Shown piece by piece: positions 50,337-57,100 of a DNA stretch of 57,100 bases. Both the position numbers and the translations under genes were made by a program. Every line of letters starts with the position of its first letter. The first letter of the stretch is position 1. This DNA comes from Deltaproteobacteria bacterium (GTDB taxonomy: Bacteria > Myxococcota_A > Polyangia > Polyangiales > Houyiibacteriaceae). Below the pieces are notes generated by a model that was not told where the DNA came from, made no database searches, and worked only from the letters and a program-made list of their open reading frames with translations. Location of the stretch: positions 1 to 57,100 of the forward strand of contig JAXMNT010000048.1 of the NCBI GenBank assembly GCA_034670305.1, read 5' to 3'.

Positions 50337-51503
50337 TTGAGCCCGGCCACGATCGGCGCGCTCGTCGTCGCCGCGGCGATGGGGCTGGTGGTGCTCTTCG
50401 TGCTCCCGAAGCGCGCCGACCTCGTGTGGCAGGCCAAACAGCGCCGCAAGAGCGCGGCGCTCTGGCGGCAAGTCGCCGAGAGACTGGGGCTGAAGAAGGT
50501 GGTCGCCGAACCCGAGCGGCCCCCAGAGATCAAGGCGGTCTTCGAAGGGACGTGGGACGACACCCCCCTGCGGATCGAACTCCGAGAGCGGCCCACGTTC
50601 TTCGTGGGGACGGTGGTCGTCGCGGTGCCCGATGCGCTGCGCCTCGTCCCGCGAGAAGAGGGTTCGACCGAGCGGCTGGGCATCGCGGCGTTCCTCGAAG
50701 CGGTCGCGGTACTGTCGGTGGGAACCGCAGAAAACGCAGGGCTGCCTGGGGAAACCGCGGGGCTGCCGGGCGAAACCGCAGGGCTGCCAGGGCAAACCGC
50801 AGGGCTGCCGGTCGCGTGGATCGGCGCGTTGACCACCGAGGTGCGCACGCTGCTGCTCGAGCTGTGCATGAAGCGCGATGTCGTGATCGAAGACGGCACG
50901 ATGCGGGTGCGCACCACCATCCTCGACTCAGACGCCGCGCGCATCGCGCGGGCGCTGGAGGTCACCGCCGAGGTCGCCCGCCGACTCGCCGCCGGCGTGG
51001 CCGCCACACCCGAGGAGCGCTTCGCCACGGCGTGTCAGATGCCGCTCGGAGATCGCGCACGCATGCTGCAGTTGCTCGCCGAAGCCGCAGACCATCGACC
51101 GCTCGTCGAGGCACTCGAAGAATCGGACGACCCGTACACCCGGCTCGCCTGGGCGATGGCGCGGCGCGATCTGCAGTGGCTCCGCACCACCGAGATGCCC
51201 AACGCGTGGCTCGTCGAGGCGGTGCGGTGGCTCGTCGCCGTCGAGCCCGCGTCGGTCGTCGTGCGATCCCGAAAGCAAGGACTCGACGAACTCGTGGATC
51301 GCGTCGTGGCCCAGAGCAATGCGGCCCGGAGCTGCACGGCGCGCTCGGACGAGCGCGTCGACCCACGTTCTGAAGTCGAGGCAGAGGCCGCCCTCGTCTC
51401 CTTCACCGAAGCGATCGCCCGATCCCACCAGGCGCTCGAGGATCCCGACGTGCGCGCCGCCGCCCTCCACGTCCTCGCCGCCCTCCACGACCGCACGACG
51501 TAG
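50337..51503 (+). CDS. Membrane-anchored hypothetical protein
   Basis: N-terminal TM, W..VAERLGL motif, helical C-terminus. Confidence 0.6.
   Translation: MSPATIGALVVAAAMGLVVLFVLPKRADLVWQAKQRRKSAALWRQVAERLGLKKVVAEPERPPEIKAVFEGTWDDTPLRIELRERPTFFVGTVVVAVPDALRLVPREEGSTERLGIAAFLEAVAVLSVGTAENAGLPGETAGLPGETAGLPGQTAGLPVAWIGALTTEVRTLLLELCMKRDVVIEDGTMRVRTTILDSDAARIARALEVTAEVARRLAAGVAATPEERFATACQMPLGDRARMLQLLAEAADHRPLVEALEESDDPYTRLAWAMARRDLQWLRTTEMPNAWLVEAVRWLVAVEPASVVVRSRKQGLDELVDRVVAQSNAARSCTARSDERVDPRSEVEAEAALVSFTEAIARSHQALEDPDVRAAALHVLAALHDRTT
50736..50810 (+). repeat. In-frame 21-nt tandem repeat, ~3.5 copies of AGLPG(E/Q)T
   Basis: GCRGGGCTGCCNGGSSAAACC units at 50736, 50757, 50778, partial 50799. 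Confidence 0.85.
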
Positions 51504-51533
51504 ACGGCGCGCCAGCCCCGAGAACGCTCGAGG

Positions 51534-51559
51534 AGTCTCGCGAAGCGAGCCAGCCCGTC
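51534..51559 (-). repeat. REP-like dispersed repeat, copy F
   Basis: AGTCTCGCGAAGCGAGCCAGCCCGTC between convergent genes. Confidence 0.75.
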
Positions 51560-51570
51560 TGGCCAGAAAG

Positions 51571-54500
51571 TCAGTTGCAGCGGCGGGAGAGGGTCCGGGC
51601 GTCGCGGGCGTCGATGCCGCGGGGGGCGGCGGCCAGGTAGCGGCGGGCGAGTTCGCACACGTCCTCCGCGCGGTCGTCGTAGAGCACGAGTTGACCGAGT
51701 ACTTCGGGGGGCGGGCTGCGGCCGGCGAGCGCGCGCCGAAGATGCGGGATCGGGTTGGTGCCGCGCGCGTCGGCGACGATCGCGAGCACCAGGTGGGCTT
51801 CCGCGCAGGTGCTGTCGACGGCGACCGCCGCCTCCGCCTGTTCGACCGCGCCGTCCATGCTCCCGTTCTCAAACATCAGCCGGGCGCGCGCGGCCTGGAC
51901 GCGGGCTTGGAGCCAGGTGTCGTTCGGTGCCCGCGCGGTGCGGGCGCCCTCGGCATCGCCGATCGCGTTGGCGGCCCCAGTCAGATCGCCGCGGCGCGTC
52001 CGGACCAGTGCGAGACCGAGGTGCGCCTCTGCGTTCTGAGGATCCACCCGGGCCGCGCGTTCGAAGACTGGCGTCGCGGTTCGGTCGGCTTCCGCCTGGG
52101 CAAGGCCCCATCCGTACACGACGAGCAAGTCGGCGTCGTCGACCCTCCCCAGACGGCGGCGTGACGGGACGCGCGAGCGGAGCGCGACGACGACCGCATG
52201 TCCTTCCCCGCGCAACATCTGCACCCACGCGGACCAGAACTCGAGGTCCCGCTCGGCCACCCCACCGGCGCGCGCCTCTTCGATCTTGGCGCTCGCGGTC
52301 CCGGCGTCGCCGGCACGGAGCGCGAGCTGCACCTGGCCCGCGAGGGCCACCGCGTTGCGCGGCTGAAGTTCGATCGCCCGCGCGAATGCGGTCGCGGCCC
52401 GCTCGGTCTGCCCCACCTGCCGCGCCGCTTCACCAAGCGTGGCGTGAAGGTTCGCATCGTCGGGCCGGCGCTCCACCCAGCCGGTGAGCAGGTCGAACAC
52501 CGCCTGCGCCTGCCCGGCCGCGAGGTCGGCCCGCGCTTTGGCGATCACGAGTTCCGGTGCGCTGGGCGACGCGGTCAGCGCCACACCGGCGATGCGCGCC
52601 GCGTCGTCGTTCCGGTCTTCGCGAAGCATCGCGTCGACCATGAGCGGCACGATCTCGATGTTCGCCGGCTCGCGCGCGAGGGCCGGTTCGAGCACCCCGA
52701 TCGCGGCCTCGGCCTCGCCGAGCCCCAGCTGGATCGCGCCGAGTCGCGCGGTGGCGCGCACGAACTGCTCCGGGTCGGTCGCGGCGCTCCGGTAGGCCGC
52801 TTGCGCCGGTTCCGTCTGTCCCTGCGCCTCGGCGAGCCGGCCGCGCAGGTACTGGGTCTGCGCCCCTTCGGGGGCATCCGCGAGGACGCGCTCCACGCCG
52901 GGCAGGTCGCCCGCCGCGAGGTAGATCTCCGCGCCGACCGTCGCCCGGCGTGCCGGTCGCGCCGCATCTTCCGGCAGCTCCCCAAGCGCCGCCCGCGCCG
53001 CGTCCAGCTGGCCGAGCGCGAGCCGAATGGATGCAAGCCGCAGGGTGAACGCTTCCGATTGCATCGGCCGCGCTTCGCCGGTCGCCGCGGTGAGCACCCG
53101 CGCCGCGTCCGTGTGTCGCCCGAGCCCGAGCAGTGCTTCCGCCCGGGTCAATTCGGCGTACGCGCGCTGCCGCACACTCACGGCGCTCGAGAGTTCTTCG
53201 ACGAGGAGCGTCGTGTCTTCGAGCGCACCGGTGTCGTCGCCGGACGCGATCCGAACCTCCGCGCGGGACAGGAGTGCCGTGGGTTCCCGTTCGACCGACG
53301 CGATGGACTCGAACACCGCCAGCGCGGCGTCGCCCTGCCCGGAGTCGGAGAGCACCCGGGCTTTGAGTGCACCATACCGGGCCGCGCCCGGCTGCAAGCT
53401 GATCGCGGCGTCGACTTCCGCCGACGCCCGCTCGAAGTCGCCGACCAAGTACGCGGTGAGGGCTCGGGCATACGCGGCCTCACCGGCCAATGCGTTGCCA
53501 TCGACGATGACCGCGACCGCGCGCGCATCGGCCCACCGTCCTTCGTCGAGCGCGAGGTACGCGGCGGCAACCTTCGCATCCGGCAACCCGAGTTCGGCCT
53601 CGCCGAGTTCGCCGAGCAGCGCCTGGGTGCGTCCCGCCTCCGGGTACCCGTGTTCGTAGGTCGCCATGGCGTACAACCGCGCCCGCCGGGCGATGCTCTC
53701 GGCCGCGTCGTCCAGCTCGTCCGCGTCGCGTTCGAGCGCGAGACGCAACGTCGATTCGAGACCGTCGCGCGACGCCTGCAAGGTCGCCTCCGCGATCTCT
53801 TCTTCGGCCGCCGAGGACTGGATGCTCTGGACGACCACCACCACCAGCACGAGCAGGAGCACCGGGATCCCCGCGAGTGCGATGCCGAGGTAGAGGGGGA
53901 TCTTCCGCTTGCCGACCTGGACCTCGCGCCCTGCCCACGCCGGAAGCCGCGCAGTCAGCCCGGTCAGTCCCCCGCGACTCGGCGGCGGCGCTGGCATCGC
54001 CTCGCCTGGCCCGGCGGCGGGCGTGGGCGTCCCACCAACAGCCGCAGGGGGTGCGCCGGGGGCCGCACTGGGCGCAAAGGCGGCGGGCACGCCACCCGGT
54101 CCCGCACCGGCACCGAGTCCTGGCCGAGGCGCGAGGATCGCACCGCCAAGCGCGGCGCGCGCATGGGTCGCTTCGCCATCCAGTGGAGGCAGCGGGTCGG
54201 CGCCCATGCCGCCAATGCCCTCGTCTGGGAACGCGGCGGCGGCGGCGGCGTGGGTCGAGGTCTTGATCTCGTCGTCGGGATCCGAAATCGACGCTTGCCG
54301 AGAGGTCGTCTCGTCGTCGAACGGATCCGCGAACCCGATCGCGTAGGCCCCGGCGTCGGCCGGCAGCGCAGCGGGCGGAGGAATCTCGGGCACGCCATCG
54401 CTCTTGCGGCCGCCTCGGGTGGTCTCGTCGTCGAAGCCGCCCGGCCCACGCTGCGGATCCTCAAAGGGATCGCCGCTGACCGGTGGCGGGCGGCCACGCG

Positions 54501-55701
54501 TGTCCTCCCCTTGGAGCGGGTCCATGTCCTCGAAGGCACGGGCTTGCGTCGCCTCCCCATCGAGCGGTGCGAGCCCGCCGTCGAGCTCGTCGTACGGATC
54601 GATCTCGGAGAACGCGAGTTCCATCGAACCGATCTCAGCGGTGCCTCCGCCGATGAGCGCGTCGCTCTCCTTCACGCCGGGGATGATCCCCATCAGCTCG
54701 GCCGTGCTCAGCTCGGCGGTGCCGTCGTCTTCGGCGCCCGCGCCGGTGTCCTCGCCCACGAGCTCGAGCGCCGCCGAGTCCAGCTCGTCGGTGCTGGAGG
54801 GCTGCATCGGCGGAGCCGCCGGTGCGAAGGGCGCCGGGGCACCCACGGGTGCGGGAGGCTGCGCAGCGGGCGGCGCGATGGGTGGTCCGGCGGCCGGCGG
54901 TGCGCCGGGCGGCGCGACCATCGGCATGCCGAGCATGGTGGACTTCGGCGAACGCACCTTGCGGGGCGGGGGCGGTGCGCTCGGGCCGGAGATGCCGGGC
55001 GGCGGGGGTGGCGCGCTCGGACGGCTCATGCCCGGCGGCGGCGGCGGCGGCACGCTGCGGGGACGACCGCCGGGTGCGGTGATGCCGCCCGTCGGTGCCG
55101 GCAACCCCATGAGCGTCTCTTTCATGGACTTCTTCGGAGCGATCGGCGGGAGTGCGACCTCGGCCGAAGAGGCAGCTTCGGCGGCGAACCCCGCGTCGAG
55201 CTCCACCGAGGGCGGGGCAGCGGTGCTCGGAGAGGTCGTGGGCCCACTCGCGGCCGCTGCGGCTTCGGCGCCCGCGGAAGACTCGACCGAGGTCTGCTCC
55301 GGCTCGAACCACCGCTCGATGGTCTCGGCCGGTGCTGGGCTCTCCACCTCGCCGACCTCTTCGAGCAGGTCGCGGGCGTCCTCGTCGTCCGGGTCGAGCC
55401 GCAGCGCTTCCCGCAGCGCGTTCGCGGCTGCTTCGGCCTGGCCGCCTCGAATGTACGCTTCCCCGAGCAAACGATGCACCGCGCCCTCGCTCGGGGCCTT
55501 GCGCGAGAGAGCCAGCATCTCGATGCGGACCTCGTCGTGGCGGCCGAGCGCGAGCAACGCCTGCGCCAACAGGAGCCGGACCTGCACTTCGTCGGGACGA
55601 GAGAGCAGCACTCGTCGGCACGCCCGTACTGCATCCTGGTACTTGCGCTCCGAGATCAGCTGCTTCGCGCGTGCCGTCACATCCTGGACGTTGGTGCCCA
55701 C
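51571..55701 (-). CDS. Large bitopic TPR protein with Pro/acidic disordered linker
   Basis: N-terminal TPRs, ~500-aa low-complexity linker, one TM, long C-terminal TPR array. Confidence 0.85.
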   Translation of the reverse strand: MGTNVQDVTARAKQLISERKYQDAVRACRRVLLSRPDEVQVRLLLAQALLALGRHDEVRIEMLALSRKAPSEGAVHRLLGEAYIRGGQAEAAANALREALRLDPDDEDARDLLEEVGEVESPAPAETIERWFEPEQTSVESSAGAEAAAAASGPTTSPSTAAPPSVELDAGFAAEAASSAEVALPPIAPKKSMKETLMGLPAPTGGITAPGGRPRSVPPPPPPGMSRPSAPPPPPGISGPSAPPPPRKVRSPKSTMLGMPMVAPPGAPPAAGPPIAPPAAQPPAPVGAPAPFAPAAPPMQPSSTDELDSAALELVGEDTGAGAEDDGTAELSTAELMGIIPGVKESDALIGGGTAEIGSMELAFSEIDPYDELDGGLAPLDGEATQARAFEDMDPLQGEDTRGRPPPVSGDPFEDPQRGPGGFDDETTRGGRKSDGVPEIPPPAALPADAGAYAIGFADPFDDETTSRQASISDPDDEIKTSTHAAAAAAFPDEGIGGMGADPLPPLDGEATHARAALGGAILAPRPGLGAGAGPGGVPAAFAPSAAPGAPPAAVGGTPTPAAGPGEAMPAPPPSRGGLTGLTARLPAWAGREVQVGKRKIPLYLGIALAGIPVLLLVLVVVVVQSIQSSAAEEEIAEATLQASRDGLESTLRLALERDADELDDAAESIARRARLYAMATYEHGYPEAGRTQALLGELGEAELGLPDAKVAAAYLALDEGRWADARAVAVIVDGNALAGEAAYARALTAYLVGDFERASAEVDAAISLQPGAARYGALKARVLSDSGQGDAALAVFESIASVEREPTALLSRAEVRIASGDDTGALEDTTLLVEELSSAVSVRQRAYAELTRAEALLGLGRHTDAARVLTAATGEARPMQSEAFTLRLASIRLALGQLDAARAALGELPEDAARPARRATVGAEIYLAAGDLPGVERVLADAPEGAQTQYLRGRLAEAQGQTEPAQAAYRSAATDPEQFVRATARLGAIQLGLGEAEAAIGVLEPALAREPANIEIVPLMVDAMLREDRNDDAARIAGVALTASPSAPELVIAKARADLAAGQAQAVFDLLTGWVERRPDDANLHATLGEAARQVGQTERAATAFARAIELQPRNAVALAGQVQLALRAGDAGTASAKIEEARAGGVAERDLEFWSAWVQMLRGEGHAVVVALRSRVPSRRRLGRVDDADLLVVYGWGLAQAEADRTATPVFERAARVDPQNAEAHLGLALVRTRRGDLTGAANAIGDAEGARTARAPNDTWLQARVQAARARLMFENGSMDGAVEQAEAAVAVDSTCAEAHLVLAIVADARGTNPIPHLRRALAGRSPPPEVLGQLVLYDDRAEDVCELARRYLAAAPRGIDARDARTLSRRCN

Positions 55702-55843
55702 AGGTCGCGACAGGGTAGTCGCCCAAGGGGATCAAAAGAAAGGCCCGTGTTCGACCGAGGCGTTCTGCCTCGAGTGGCGGTCCGAACCACCAACGAAAAC
55801 CCCTGTTCTTCTTCCGGCGCCAGGTCATGCTCGCGGGAGCGCC

Positions 55844-56977
55844 ATGGCCACGACGAGCGTCTATCTTCATTTCCCGTGGTGCACGCGGAAGTGCCCGTAC
55901 TGCGACTTCGCGACCCGGCCCGTCGGACCCGAGCTGCCGCACGAAGCCTACGCCGACGCGGTGTTGCGGGAGCTCGACCTCAAAGCGCCCGGTCTGGCCG
56001 ACCGCACCCTCGAGAGCGTCTTCTTCGGCGGCGGCACCCCATCGCTGTGGCAAGGCGCCCAGCTCGGCCGGGTCTTGAAGGCGATCCGCGCGGCATTCGG
56101 GCGCGAGGTCGACGAGCTCGAGATCACCGCCGAGTCCAACCCGGCCAGTCTGACCGAAGCGCGCGCGATGGAGTTCGCTGAAGCGGGCATCAACCGCCTG
56201 AGCGTCGGGGTGCAGTCGCTCGACGACGACCGGCTGAAGTTCCTCGGTCGCCTTCACGACCGGACGATGGCGATCGGCGCGCTCGAGATCGCGCGCCGGG
56301 CGGTGCCGCGGGTCAGCGCCGACCTGATGTTCGGACTGCCCGAACAATCGACCGAAGAGTTCGTGGCGGCCGCCGAAGAACTGCGCGGGCTCGGGCTCAC
56401 CCACCTGTCGACCTACGCACTCACCATCGAACCGCAGACCCCGTTCGGCGCGCTCCACCGCAAAGGCAAACTCCCGCTCGCGAAAGAAGACGTTGTGGCG
56501 GAGACCTTCGATCGGCTGCGGGACGCGCTCGGCCAGGCTGGCTTCCAACACTACGAAGTCTCCAACCACGCGATCGAAGGCGAGACCTCCAAGCACAACC
56601 AGCACTACTGGCGTGGCGGCGCGTACGTCGGGCTCGGCGCCGGCGCCGTCGGCGCGATGGATGAGGGCGTTCGGGTGCGCCGCACCAAAAACACCATCGA
56701 CCCGAAACGCTATATGGACGCGGGCGGCATCGAAGAAGAAGAAGTCATCGAAGGCGACGAGCTCATCCAAGAGGGTTTGATGCTCGGCCTGCGGACGGCG
56801 GAAGGCGTCCACCTGCCGGCGCTCGAAGCCCGCGCCGGCGTGCCCTGGTCCCGGGGGCGCGAAGCTGCGATCGAACGCCGCCGAGAAGCGGGCGACCTCG
56901 TCCTCGAGAACGACCGGCTGAAGGTTCCCACCAACCGCTGGCTCTTTCTCGATGGCATCGTGGCCGACCTGTTTTAG
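55844..56977 (+). CDS. hemW: Radical SAM heme chaperone HemW
   Basis: YLHFPWCTRKCPYCDF, GGGTPS, YEVSN, HNQHYW (HNxxYW); GGGAG RBS. Confidence 0.92.
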   Translation: MATTSVYLHFPWCTRKCPYCDFATRPVGPELPHEAYADAVLRELDLKAPGLADRTLESVFFGGGTPSLWQGAQLGRVLKAIRAAFGREVDELEITAESNPASLTEARAMEFAEAGINRLSVGVQSLDDDRLKFLGRLHDRTMAIGALEIARRAVPRVSADLMFGLPEQSTEEFVAAAEELRGLGLTHLSTYALTIEPQTPFGALHRKGKLPLAKEDVVAETFDRLRDALGQAGFQHYEVSNHAIEGETSKHNQHYWRGGAYVGLGAGAVGAMDEGVRVRRTKNTIDPKRYMDAGGIEEEEVIEGDELIQEGLMLGLRTAEGVHLPALEARAGVPWSRGREAAIERRREAGDLVLENDRLKVPTNRWLFLDGIVADLF

Positions 56978-57100
56978 CAGGCTGCTGAAGAACGCCCGCA
57001 GGGCGTTCTCGCAGCCTGCCCCTTGCCCCTGCCCTTGCCTTTGCCCTTGCCCGCGGATCAGCGGTCAGATCGCTTGATCAGCGCGACGAGCATCGCGACG
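56975..57100 (-). mobile_element. Partial inverted copy of the hexamer-armed element
   Basis: Begins at the hemW TAG (TAGCAGGCTGCTGAAGAAC); reverse complement of 1-121 with one mismatch. Confidence 0.8.

Noticed and set aside
50736-50810. CRISPR array (GAAAC-containing repeats)
   Set aside because: Contiguous tandem units without spacers, inside a CDS

Overview
GC-rich window with myxobacterial hallmarks (eight Hanks-type Ser/Thr kinases, an FHA-sigma54 activator, TSP3-OmpA and PEGA/TPR proteins, a MYXO-CTERM-like tail); the taxonomic call is inference. About 45 CDSs, including pcnB, nagZ, mscS, trpS, hemW, an E2 acyltransferase, a CPA2 antiporter and a Btu/Fec-type ABC importer. Most notable: (1) a multicopy non-autonomous element (full copy 8955-9447; partial copies forming both window ends in inverted orientation) with CTAG/TIR-like hairpins, inverted (CCCTTG)n/(CAAGGG)n arms and the 3' remnant of a four-helix-bundle gene; all seven hexamer tracts read (CCCUUG)n in the 3' UTR of the gene just upstream; (2) a translationally coupled operon of a periplasmic-sensor/HAMP adenylate cyclase, a kinase with a pseudo-receiver and a LysM-FecR-barrel protein, flanked by an FHA-sigma54 activator and a sigma54-type promoter for an OmpA gene, a candidate trans-envelope signalling system; (3) a Cys-less CoA-disulfide-reductase/rhodanese homolog coupled to a HemN-like radical SAM enzyme upstream of the importer; (4) a 6S-like rod-shaped RNA candidate next to trpS; (5) five sigma54-type promoters, one with a paired palindromic enhancer ahead of a 67-aa orphan. 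All family calls come from motifs read by eye; no database searches were run.
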